Assembly: GCA_041652335.1 (NCBI GenBank)
Contig: JBAZHL010000001.1
Location: 1 to 46,851, forward strand
Source: Patescibacteria group bacterium
GTDB lineage: Bacteria; Patescibacteriota; Kazan-3B-28; UBA10110
DNA: 46,851 nucleotides
Direction of reading: 5' to 3'
The notes below the pieces were generated by a model. That model was not told the DNA's origin. It saw only the letters and a list, made by a program, of their open reading frames with translations, and ran no database searches. A program made the translations under genes and the position numbers. Positions 7,636 through 15,599 of this stretch are shown here, one piece after another (positions within the stretch are counted from its first letter, which is position 1; each line of letters opens with the position of its first letter).

Positions 7636-8970
7636 ATGGAACCTATCAAAAAGATATTTCGCCCCATCGTCCGCCAGACAGCGCCCTGGATGTTTGATAT
7701 CTATCACCATCTGCGTGGGATGACAGCGGCTACCATATACGGATTCCCCTCGGCCAAGATGCGAGTGATCGGCGTCACCGGCACCAACGGCAAAACCACC
7801 GTCTGTAATATGCTGGCGCATATTCTCGAAGCTAACGGCGAACGGGTCGGCTTGGCCACCACCGTTAACATCTGGACCGGTAATCGCAAATGGATCAACG
7901 AGACCAAGATGACCACCCTCTCCCCCTTCGCCTTGCAAGGGCTACTGCGCAAAATGGTTAACCACAAATGTACCTATGCCATTGTGGAGACTACTTCACA
8001 CGCGCTCGACCAGCATCGAACTTGGGGCATCTTCTATGATGTAGCGGTATTCACCAATCTCACCCACGACCATCTCGACTATCACAAAACCTTAGAACAA
8101 TACCAAACCGCTAAAGGCCTACTGTTCAAGAATTTAGCCGATAGCCTACGCAAGCCCAACCTACCCAAAACCGCGATCATTAACATCAGCGATCCGGCGG
8201 GTGAATATTTTGATCAGTTTATCACCGACCAAAAGTTTTATTTTGCCATTGATGATATCAACACACCCGCGACACCAGACAAAACCCTCTGGGCAACTGA
8301 TGTAAAAGAAGACCGAGACGCTACTCATTTTATTCTGCACACACCAAATGGCAGTGCGGACATTACTCTGCACCTGCCCGGCAAGTTTAACGTTTACAAC
8401 GCTTTAGCGGCCGCCTCCGCGGCACATGCTCTGGGCATCCCTCTGATCAAAATCCAACAAGGCTTAGATAGTTTATGGCAGGTTCCTGGTCGGATGGAGT
8501 ATGTACCCAACACTAAAGGAATCGATATCATCATCGATTACGCTCATACTCCCGATGGGTTCCAAAAAGTTTTTGAAGCGCTTAGACCGATCGTCAGCGG
8601 CAAGATCATCGCCGTGTTTGGCGCTTCCGGTGAGCGCGACAAAACCAAACGGCCCATCTTAGGACAGATCGCTTCTCACTTTGCTGACGAAATTATTCTG
8701 ACGGAAGAGGATCCGGCCAGCGAAGATCCGTTTGAGATAGTTAAAGAGATCGGCGTGGGATTAGATCCTAACAAGTTTCAAGCCGATAAAAATCTGCACA
8801 TCATTATCGATCGAAAAGAAGCGATCAAAAAAGCCCTGTCCATAGCAGTTACTGGAGACTTGGTGCTGTGCCTCTCTATGGGGGCCCAAACAGTAATGGC
8901 GAAGGGTGGCAGCAAGGTTCCGTATAGCGAACGCGCCACAATTGAAGATGCTCTAAGGGCTATGTCATAA
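7636..8970 (+). CDS. murE: Mur ligase, MurE type (UDP-MurNAc-L-Ala-D-Glu : diamino acid ligase), short N-terminus
   Basis: GVTGTNGKTT P-loop, IDYAHTPDGF, and GASGERDKTKRPILG (MurE-like GxGGxRDxxKR). The residue-selectivity region reads TEEDPASEDP rather than DNPR. Confidence 0.8.
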   Translation: MEPIKKIFRPIVRQTAPWMFDIYHHLRGMTAATIYGFPSAKMRVIGVTGTNGKTTVCNMLAHILEANGERVGLATTVNIWTGNRKWINETKMTTLSPFALQGLLRKMVNHKCTYAIVETTSHALDQHRTWGIFYDVAVFTNLTHDHLDYHKTLEQYQTAKGLLFKNLADSLRKPNLPKTAIINISDPAGEYFDQFITDQKFYFAIDDINTPATPDKTLWATDVKEDRDATHFILHTPNGSADITLHLPGKFNVYNALAAASAAHALGIPLIKIQQGLDSLWQVPGRMEYVPNTKGIDIIIDYAHTPDGFQKVFEALRPIVSGKIIAVFGASGERDKTKRPILGQIASHFADEIILTEEDPASEDPFEIVKEIGVGLDPNKFQADKNLHIIIDRKEAIKKALSIAVTGDLVLCLSMGAQTVMAKGGSKVPYSERATIEDALRAMS

Positions 8971-8999
8971 TAGACTGTCTATAAAAGAAAGGAGATCAG

Positions 9000-9953
9000 A
9001 TGGAATTTGATGAGAACCTAAATCCGATCGAACCCCCGTTGGAGCCCGATTGGAAACAGACCCCTCCCCCGGCGGGCCCCAGTTTTAATTATCAACAGCC
9101 GGCACAACCCGCACCGGAACCACCCAGGCCTCAAACCCCTCCCGCTCCGCCCCGGCCTCCGGTAACTCCTCCGCCACCACTCGCCCCCCAGCGCCCCCCA
9201 ATGAACGGCGGTAATGTGGTTAAGCGGTTCTGGGATCTTTTGACGATAGTAGTGTTGATCGGCGTAGTGATCGGCGTAATTGGTTTCTTTGCCAATTTGG
9301 GCAACAAGCAGGCCACTACATCAGCCACTACCGATCAAGGCCTTACCGTTACCGGCGAAGGCGAAGCTTACGTTACACCCGATGTAGCTAAGATCGATTT
9401 TGGCGTTAGCACCGAGGCCAAGAACTTGGCCGATTCGCAAAAAGCTAACAGCGAGGCGATCGCCAAAATTAAAGATGCCCTGCAAGGTTACGATATCGAA
9501 GCCAAGGATATCAAAACTCTCTACTACACCATCAACCCGGAGTACAACTACATCACTAATCGCGCACCGATCCTCCGCGGCTACACCACTCGTCATACCG
9601 TTCGGGTAACTGTGCGCAAATTAGAAGATTCGGATGGCGTGGTGCAGACCTTGGGCAACGCCGGCGCTACCGAGATCAGCCAGGTACAGTTTACCGTGGA
9701 TGATCCAACCGATATCCAAAAAGAGGCTCGCGAAAAAGCTATCGATGCCGCCAAAGAAAAAGCCAAACAGTTGGCTAACTTAAGCGGCGCCAAGTTGGGT
9801 CACATCATCTCGATCAGCGAGAACACCCCCAGTCTGGACGGTGGAGTAGTACCAAAGTATGCCGAAGGAATGGGCGGCGGCTCCAGCATTGGGTTAGAGG
9901 AAGGCAGCATGGCTATTACCTCTAACGTCACCATCACCTACTCTCTCAACTAA
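9000..9953 (+). CDS. SIMPL/DUF541-domain protein with Pro-rich N-terminus and one TM helix
   Basis: AAGGAG Shine-Dalgarno 7 nt upstream. The Pro-rich segment is followed by a TM segment (LLTIVVLIGVVIGVIGFF). The following region, GEGEAYVTPDVAKIDFGV...ANSEAI..., and the C-terminal pattern resemble the SIMPL (26-kDa periplasmic immunogenic protein) family. Confidence 0.7.
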   Translation: MEFDENLNPIEPPLEPDWKQTPPPAGPSFNYQQPAQPAPEPPRPQTPPAPPRPPVTPPPPLAPQRPPMNGGNVVKRFWDLLTIVVLIGVVIGVIGFFANLGNKQATTSATTDQGLTVTGEGEAYVTPDVAKIDFGVSTEAKNLADSQKANSEAIAKIKDALQGYDIEAKDIKTLYYTINPEYNYITNRAPILRGYTTRHTVRVTVRKLEDSDGVVQTLGNAGATEISQVQFTVDDPTDIQKEAREKAIDAAKEKAKQLANLSGAKLGHIISISENTPSLDGGVVPKYAEGMGGGSSIGLEEGSMAITSNVTITYSLN

Positions 9954-9961
9954 CACCTCTT

Positions 9962-9984
9962 GTCCTCGGGCTCGACCCGGGGAC
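9962..9984. repeat. Short imperfect palindromic repeat (gtcctcgggctcgacccggggac)
   Basis: Near-perfect 9-bp arms around ctcga. It is of the same general class as the other GTC... palindromic units. Confidence 0.5.
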
Positions 9985-10009
9985 CCAGGCAGAAAATAAC
10001 ATAAAAATA

Positions 10010-10031
10010 GGGCGCTCCGCATTGGAGCGCC
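10010..10031. terminator. Bidirectional rho-independent terminator candidate between the convergent SIMPL gene and gmd
   Basis: gggcgctcc-gcat-tggagcgccc forms a 9-bp GC-rich stem. It is flanked by an A-run upstream (aaaaata) and a T-run downstream (ttttg). Confidence 0.55.
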
Positions 10032-10054
10032 CTTTTGTATGCGCGCGAACCAGT

Positions 10055-11164
10055 TTATCGGACCCCGGCCGACAACGCAGCGACATCGTGAGCCACCATC
10101 ATTCTGACCATCTGGTTAAAAGTGATGGTTGGCTCCCAGCCCAGATCCTGTTTGATCAGTCTGGGGTTACCCTGCAACGCGGGGAGCTCGTTGGGGCGAT
10201 AAAGAGCCGGATCAACCGCTACACAGACCTCGCCGTTTACCACCAGGTGTTCCTTCTTGAGCTCGCCCTCCCACTTGAGAGACGGCTCTCCTTTACCGGA
10301 TAGTCTCCCGGCAGCCTTAAAGGCCTCTGTCACGAAATCCCGCACGCTGTGTGTCTCTCCCGTGGCCACGAGGTAGTCTCGCAGATGGTACGGATTTTTG
10401 ACCGGCTGATTGAGAATCTGCCACATCGCACGAACATAGTCGCCCGCGTAGCCCCAATCGCGCTGGGCATCCAGATGGCCCAACCGCAAAACGACACCTC
10501 TCGTCCCACATAACCACTGTGCTACCGCCAGCGTGATCTTACGTGAGACAAACCTCAATCCGCGATGCGGCGATTCATGATTGAACAGGATCCCGGAACA
10601 CGCCCAGAGCGGGATATCCCGACGACTGCGCGCCATCACCATCAGCCGATGGGCTGCCGCTTTGCCCGCGCCATAAGGCGAGACGGGCAAAAACGGGGTG
10701 CATTCGTCTTGTGGCGTGACAGATTTCGCTGCGTCTCCGAACATCTCGGAGGTAGACGCCTGGTAGATCCTCACGTCGAAGTCGGTCATGGCCACGGCCT
10801 TGAGAATGTTCAGCACGCCGTTGATGCTGGTGGCGATAGTCATCTCTGGCAGGTCGAACGACTTGCCAACATGGCTCTGGGCTGCCAGGTTGTAGATCTC
10901 GTCTGGACCGTACTGTTCCAGTACCGTCACCAAGCTATGCAGATCAAGCACATCGCCAGTGGCCAACACCAATCGGCCAGTTTGCAGATAATCCCGCAAT
11001 GTGGGCAGCCGCAGCCTCTGCTCGGGCTCGTCGTCGCTGGTCCGGCGAACCAGCCCAACCACTCGATGATATCCCTGCTTATGCAGCAGGAACCGGGCTA
11101 AGTACGAACCATCCTGACCAGTAATACCGGTGATCAGGGCGATCTTTTCACTATTAGCTGTCAA
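10055..11164 (-). CDS. gmd: GDP-mannose 4,6-dehydratase
   Basis: ALITGITGQDGSYLARFLL (Rossmann GxxGxxG), YNLAAQSHV, YQASTSEMFG, SPYGAGKAAAH (YxxxK), GILFNHESPHRG and LGHLDAQRDWGYAGDYV. GC is visibly higher than in neighbouring genes. Confidence 0.9.
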   Translation of the reverse strand: MTANSEKIALITGITGQDGSYLARFLLHKQGYHRVVGLVRRTSDDEPEQRLRLPTLRDYLQTGRLVLATGDVLDLHSLVTVLEQYGPDEIYNLAAQSHVGKSFDLPEMTIATSINGVLNILKAVAMTDFDVRIYQASTSEMFGDAAKSVTPQDECTPFLPVSPYGAGKAAAHRLMVMARSRRDIPLWACSGILFNHESPHRGLRFVSRKITLAVAQWLCGTRGVVLRLGHLDAQRDWGYAGDYVRAMWQILNQPVKNPYHLRDYLVATGETHSVRDFVTEAFKAAGRLSGKGEPSLKWEGELKKEHLVVNGEVCVAVDPALYRPNELPALQGNPRLIKQDLGWEPTITFNQMVRMMVAHDVAALSAGVR

Positions 11165-11251
11165 AGCAGCACCTCCGTTACGGTCATGTTTCGGCCCCAG
11201 TATGGCAAAAGTGACCCAAAAGTCAATCTGGGAGCGAAAACTCCATCCACC

Positions 11252-11325
11252 GTCATCCTGAGCGCTAGCGAAGGATCTAGCGGAGCGGCCTTATGGCCTA
11301 GATTCTTCGTTTCACTCAGAATGAC
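11252..11325. repeat. GTCATCCTGAGCG-type palindromic repeat unit upstream of polA
   Basis: gtcatcctgagcg...cactcagaatgac terminal inverted repeats with an internal ggcc ttat ggcc hairpin. It is read through by the spurious N-terminal extension of the polA track ORF (..VILSASEGS...SLRMTG..). Confidence 0.75.
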
Positions 11326-11356
11326 AGGTGAAAGACAGGTTATAATTAACTTAGAT

Positions 11357-13552
11357 ATGGCTACCAGACGGAAAAAATTAGTGCTAATCGACGGGAACTC
11401 TCTGGTTCACCGAGGCTTTCATGCCTTTTCCCGCCTGGGGCTAACCTCCCCTACTGGCGAGAACACCACCGCCACCTATGGTTTTGCTTTTATCCTGCTC
11501 AACATCCTGGGTAGATTAAAACCAGATTACATTGCGGTAACCTTCGATACCCAGGCCCCCACCTTCCGCCACGAGGAATACAAGGAGTATAAGGCCACCC
11601 GCATCAAGGCGCCACAAGAGCTCTACGATCAGATCCCACGCATCCAAGAGCTAGTCGAGGTATTTAATATTCCGATGTTCTTAAAAGAAGGATTCGAGGC
11701 GGATGACATCATCGGCACCCTATCAGCCCAAGCGCCTAAGGATTTGGATACCTACATCGCCACCGGCGATATGGACACTCTACAGTTGGTGGATAACAAC
11801 ACCTTCGTTTACGCTCCGCGCAAAGGCTTTTCGGATATGATCATCTTCGACGCCGATACGGTAAAAAATCTCAAAGGTTTAGCGCCCGAGCAGATGATAG
11901 ATTACAAAGGTTTGCGGGGCGACCCTTCGGACAACATCCCGGGCGTTCACGGCATCGGCGATAAAGGCGCACTGCAACTGCTGCAAGAATTTGGCTCGAT
12001 CGAAAACCTGTATAAAAATTTGGACAAAGTCCCCGATCGCTACCGCAAACTATTAGAAGCAAATCGCGATATGGCTATCCAAAGCAAGCGGCTCGCTACT
12101 ATTGTGCGAGACGTGCCGGTCAAATTAGACCTCAACAAGGCCGTGCTCAAAGAGTACGACGAAAAGAAGGTACGCGACCTGTTCTACAAACTCGGCTTTA
12201 ACAGCCTGATGAACAAACTGCCCAAAAGCGACGCCGAGATGGCTCTACCCTTAGCTGAAGAGGCCACCCCACCCAACCTCCCCTTATCAAGGGGAGGAGA
12301 GGAGGGGTCAATCAAAAGAACTATCAAAAATCAGGCGGATAGAATTGATGCCGAACTCGACCCCGTGCTTAAACGGATCGAGAACGCCGGCGTATTGTTA
12401 GATACCAAATGGCTGAACCGGCTAACCAAAGAAGTTAGCGAAAAACTGCTAACCTTAAGCGGCCAGATCTACAAACACTCCCATCAGGATTTTAATATCA
12501 ACTCCCCCTCCCAGTTGGCGACGGTACTATTTGAGAAACTACATTTACCCACCGAGGGCATCGGCAAAACTAAAACCGGATTTTCCACCGCCGCCTCGGA
12601 ACTGAATAAACTTAAAGGTGTTCACCCCATCATCGAACCCATCTTGGAGTACCGCGAGTTAGAGAAACTGCGGAACACCTATTTAGAGACCCTACCTAAA
12701 TTAGTAGATAAAGATAGCCGCCTCCACACCCACTTTGCCCAGAACACTTCTACGGGGAGACTTAGCTCTTCCGAACCTAACCTGCAAAACATCCCGATCC
12801 GCACCGAATTGGGCGCCGAGATCCGCAAAGCATTTATCGCGCCCAAAGGTTACGAACTGATCTCCGCCGACTATTCGCAGGTAGAGCTCCGGGTAGTTGC
12901 CCACATCTCGCAGGATAAACGGTTGATCGAAACCTTCCTCAAAAACGAAGACATCCATACCGCTACCGCGGCTGAGATCGAAGGCGTACCGATGGATGAG
13001 GTTACCAAAGCTCAGCGCCGCAAAGCTAAGGCCGTTAACTTCGGGATCGTGTACGGGATCAGCGCTCACGGTTTAGCCGAAGGCACCGGGATGAGCTACG
13101 GCGAGGCAAAGAACTATATCGATAAATACTTTACCCTTCATCCGGGCGTTAAAAAATATGTTAAAGATACCATTCTATTTGCCCAACAAAAGGGTTTTGT
13201 ACAAACCCTGCTTGGCCGTAAGCGCGAACTCCCGGAAGTAAATTCAAATATCGTGAATGTTCGGTTAGCCGCTGAGCGGATGGCTATTAACGCCCCGATC
13301 CAAGGTACCGCCGCCGATCTGATCAAGCTGGCGATGATCGAGATAGATAAGAACTTGGCCAAGATCAGCCCCAAATCCAAGATGGTGCTTCAGATCCACG
13401 ACGAGCTATTATTTGAGACGCCCGATAATGAAGTGGCCAAGGTAGCCGACTTCGTCAAAGAGACTATGGAAAACATCTACCCGTTAGATGTACCCTTAAC
13501 TGTTAATATCGAATCCGGCCCCAGTTGGGGCGACACGAGAAAAATTGGGTGA
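11357..13552 (+). CDS. polA: DNA polymerase I (5'-3' exonuclease plus family A polymerase; no recognisable 3'-5' exonuclease domain)
   Basis: The start is set at the ATG giving MATRRKKLVLIDGNSLVHRGFHA (canonical 5'-nuclease N-terminus). Also present are GDPSDNIPGV, polymerase motif A (ISADYSQVELRV), motif B (RRKAKAVNFGIVYG) and motif C (LQIHDELL). A TATAAT at 11341-11346 lies 10 nt before the ATG. Confidence 0.92.
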   Translation: MATRRKKLVLIDGNSLVHRGFHAFSRLGLTSPTGENTTATYGFAFILLNILGRLKPDYIAVTFDTQAPTFRHEEYKEYKATRIKAPQELYDQIPRIQELVEVFNIPMFLKEGFEADDIIGTLSAQAPKDLDTYIATGDMDTLQLVDNNTFVYAPRKGFSDMIIFDADTVKNLKGLAPEQMIDYKGLRGDPSDNIPGVHGIGDKGALQLLQEFGSIENLYKNLDKVPDRYRKLLEANRDMAIQSKRLATIVRDVPVKLDLNKAVLKEYDEKKVRDLFYKLGFNSLMNKLPKSDAEMALPLAEEATPPNLPLSRGGEEGSIKRTIKNQADRIDAELDPVLKRIENAGVLLDTKWLNRLTKEVSEKLLTLSGQIYKHSHQDFNINSPSQLATVLFEKLHLPTEGIGKTKTGFSTAASELNKLKGVHPIIEPILEYRELEKLRNTYLETLPKLVDKDSRLHTHFAQNTSTGRLSSSEPNLQNIPIRTELGAEIRKAFIAPKGYELISADYSQVELRVVAHISQDKRLIETFLKNEDIHTATAAEIEGVPMDEVTKAQRRKAKAVNFGIVYGISAHGLAEGTGMSYGEAKNYIDKYFTLHPGVKKYVKDTILFAQQKGFVQTLLGRKRELPEVNSNIVNVRLAAERMAINAPIQGTAADLIKLAMIEIDKNLAKISPKSKMVLQIHDELLFETPDNEVAKVADFVKETMENIYPLDVPLTVNIESGPSWGDTRKIG
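12277..12297. repeat. Short perfect hairpin (cctcccctt-atc-aaggggagg) inside the polA inter-domain linker
   Basis: A 9-bp perfect stem that encodes PNLPLSRGGE, between the 5'-nuclease and polymerase domains. Confidence 0.6.
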
Positions 13553-14190
13553 ATAAATCGCAAAATACGATCCAAGTTGCCACCGAAAGCGCAGACGAAC
13601 GTGTGCGATATTTTAATGAGTTTTATGAAAAGCATATCGCACACGAGGATAGTCTCTTAATTGTGACTCTAAAATTCCACCTATTTGCAGAGGAACAGCT
13701 CAGTAGAATTATACAAATGATTTTCCCTAACCCTAAAGCGGTATTAGATAAATCTACTCAATTCCGCGATAAGGTCAGATTATTTAGGGCGATAGCACGG
13801 CCTCGGGACAACATCGTGGCATCCCAAATAGAAGGACTGGGCGAAATCAGAAATAAATTTGCGCACAATATGAGTTTTGATTTTCGAGGCAGGGATGATG
13901 GATTCTTGAATGGTTTTGCTAAACTTTGTCAATGCAATCAATCAGAAGTTCCTAATGATCTAAACAAACGATTGCTCAAATTCAAGAGCGGGCTTGGTAG
14001 CCTATCTGGGAATCTCTCTGGCATCGTAAGCCGTGTAGAGATATCTCCAATGTCATACCTCATAGAAGCGGGAGGACATTTGAAAAATGACCGGCTAATC
14101 CCCGTAGATGATATATATCCAGGAGATGAAATAAAAAATATATCTGTGGCGGTAAAAAGGCATATGCAAGAAACGACCGATAACACTTAA
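13549..14190 (+). CDS. HEPN-motif protein (MtlR/Abi-like Rx4H), AT-rich
   Basis: ORF with EIRNKFAHN (R-x4-H, nt 13849-13866) at the end of a predicted helical bundle (LIVTLKFHLFAEEQLSRIIQ...FRDKVRLFRAI...). I counted about 38% GC in one line, versus ~45-53% in host lines. The start is uncertain: GTG 13549 overlaps the polA stop (GTGA), and the track gives TTG 13525. Confidence 0.55.
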   Translation: MNKSQNTIQVATESADERVRYFNEFYEKHIAHEDSLLIVTLKFHLFAEEQLSRIIQMIFPNPKAVLDKSTQFRDKVRLFRAIARPRDNIVASQIEGLGEIRNKFAHNMSFDFRGRDDGFLNGFAKLCQCNQSEVPNDLNKRLLKFKSGLGSLSGNLSGIVSRVEISPMSYLIEAGGHLKNDRLIPVDDIYPGDEIKNISVAVKRHMQETTDNT

Positions 14191-14198
14191 AATGAGTC

Positions 14199-14624
14199 AT
14201 GAAATACCTACTCACATTCTGCAGTAACGATCAGGATCCGCGGGAAGAGCTACTCCCCGCTCGGGAGCGCTACCAATCCAAATTTATGCAACAGGTGATC
14301 GAAGAGGGCGAGCGTACCAATACTCCGGTTTTAATCCTGTCCGGCAAATTTGGCATACTAACTCCAGACACCGAGATCCCTCACTACGACCACCTTCTCC
14401 TTGAAGAGGAAGTTGATGATAAAGTCGCAGAAGTTATCGTGCAGCTGGAGAAATTAGGGGTAGATGATATTGAGGCTTACATCAAGAAAGGGCGCGAGGT
14501 CGAGGGCTGGAACCCATACTACGAAGTATTAGAAAGAGCCGCCCGAGCTATTGACGCCAAATTAGAATACGCCGAACTCCCCGAAGCATCCGAACCCCGC
14601 TCCGAAATCACCCGCCTTCATTAA
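14199..14624 (+). CDS. Hypothetical small acidic protein (possibly DUF6884-like)
   Basis: 141-aa ORF. From memory, the N-terminal pattern LLTFCSNDQ..LPARERYQS.F.......PVLILSGKFGILTPDTEIPHYDHLL resembles the DUF6884 pattern (C-S-x-K...PA-x-x-Y...ILSAKYGL..PD..I.PYD). This is unverified. Confidence 0.45.
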   Translation: MKYLLTFCSNDQDPREELLPARERYQSKFMQQVIEEGERTNTPVLILSGKFGILTPDTEIPHYDHLLLEEEVDDKVAEVIVQLEKLGVDDIEAYIKKGREVEGWNPYYEVLERAARAIDAKLEYAELPEASEPRSEITRLH

Positions 14625-14661
14625 CTTATCACCTATCACTTGTCACTTTTAACTATTTTTT

Positions 14662-15573
14662 ATGCCTGAACTTCCCGAAGTAGAAACAGTTGTTCGCGGC
14701 CTCTCCCGACACATCGTCGGGCAGAAAATAAAACATATCCATATACCAGCCAAAACCAGCTTTAAAGGCACAGCCAAAATGGCTGAGGGATTAAAGATAA
14801 AAAAGATCACCCGCCGCGGCAAGGGCATTATTATTGATCTCGCCAAAGATCAAACCATCCTGGTCCATCTAAAGATGACAGGGCAACTTATATATGTTCC
14901 GTCATTGCGAGGAGGTAAGCCGACGAAGCAATCTGGATTGCCACGCTACGCTCGCAATGACGAAAAAAGACTCAACTATGGCCACCCTACCGACGATTTT
15001 ACCAACACCATGCCCTCCAAACACACGCGGGTTTGGTTTGAGTTATCAAAAGGTAACCTCTATTTTAACGACCAGCGCCGTTTTGGCTGGGTAAAATCGG
15101 TTGCTACCAAAGATGCCCTAAAAGATAAATTCTTTGCCGGGCTTGGGGTGGAGCCGTTCGATACAAAATTCACTCCCGCCTTTTTGTATGTGGCTATTCA
15201 ACGTCGACCCAAGAGCAATATCAAGGCCATCATTTTAGACCAATCGTTAGTAACCGGCATCGGCAACATCTATTCCGACGAGGCACTATTTTATGCTCGC
15301 ATCCGCCCTACCCGCTTAGGCAGATCCATCACTAAGCCGGACTCCACCAGGCTTGTTGGCGCCATCAAAAAGGTACTAACAAAAGGGATCAAATATTCGG
15401 GGACAAGCATCAACACCCACCGCACCCCCGAAGGTTCGATGGGCCGAATGCAGGGCTACCTGGCAGTGTACGATCGCAAAGGCCTCCCCTGCCGCGGCAC
15501 CTGCAAAGGTAAAGTCGAAAAGATCCGCCTGAATGGTAGAGGCACCCACTTCTGCCCCAGTTGTCAGAAATAA
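14662..15573 (+). CDS. mutM: Formamidopyrimidine-DNA glycosylase (Fpg/MutM) carrying an in-frame repeat-derived insertion
   Basis: MPELPEVETV N-terminus (catalytic Pro2/Glu3), H2TH region (GIGNIYSDEALF) and a C-terminal zinc finger (CxxC...CPSCQK). An extra ~22 aa, SLRGGKPTKQSGLPRYARNDEKR, is encoded by the repeat at 14901-14961. Confidence 0.9.
   Translation: MPELPEVETVVRGLSRHIVGQKIKHIHIPAKTSFKGTAKMAEGLKIKKITRRGKGIIIDLAKDQTILVHLKMTGQLIYVPSLRGGKPTKQSGLPRYARNDEKRLNYGHPTDDFTNTMPSKHTRVWFELSKGNLYFNDQRRFGWVKSVATKDALKDKFFAGLGVEPFDTKFTPAFLYVAIQRRPKSNIKAIILDQSLVTGIGNIYSDEALFYARIRPTRLGRSITKPDSTRLVGAIKKVLTKGIKYSGTSINTHRTPEGSMGRMQGYLAVYDRKGLPCRGTCKGKVEKIRLNGRGTHFCPSCQK
14901..14961. repeat. GTCATTGCGAG-type palindromic repeat unit inside the mutM coding sequence
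   Basis: gtcattgcgag...cgaagcaatct..gattgccacg...ctcgcaatgac. It shares all four blocks with the intergenic unit at 2461-2523. Confidence 0.85.
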
Positions 15574-15599
15574 AAGAACCCCCGCGTGGCTGCAGGGGC

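Noticed and set aside
7627-7967. Minus-strand ORFs (103 and 87 aa) over the murE 5' region
   Set aside because: They are antisense to the Mur ligase P-loop region and have no independent support.
10022-11101. Several long ORFs antisense to or out of frame with gmd (10022-10303 +, 10317-10517 -, 10565-11101 +)
   Set aside because: Stop-poor alternative frames are typical of high-GC DNA. The minus-strand frame encodes a full-length, motif-complete Gmd.
11186-11356. 57-codon N-terminal extension of the polA track ORF
   Set aside because: The extension is a read-through of the palindromic repeat unit (..VILSASEGS..SLRMTG..). The conserved 5'-nuclease N-terminus starts at the ATG at 11357, just after a TATAAT.
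15574-15599. Possible terminator hairpin between convergent mutM and purN (cccccgcgtggctgcagggg)
   Set aside because: Only a 4-5 bp uninterrupted stem can be drawn and there is no flanking T-run. This is too weak to call.
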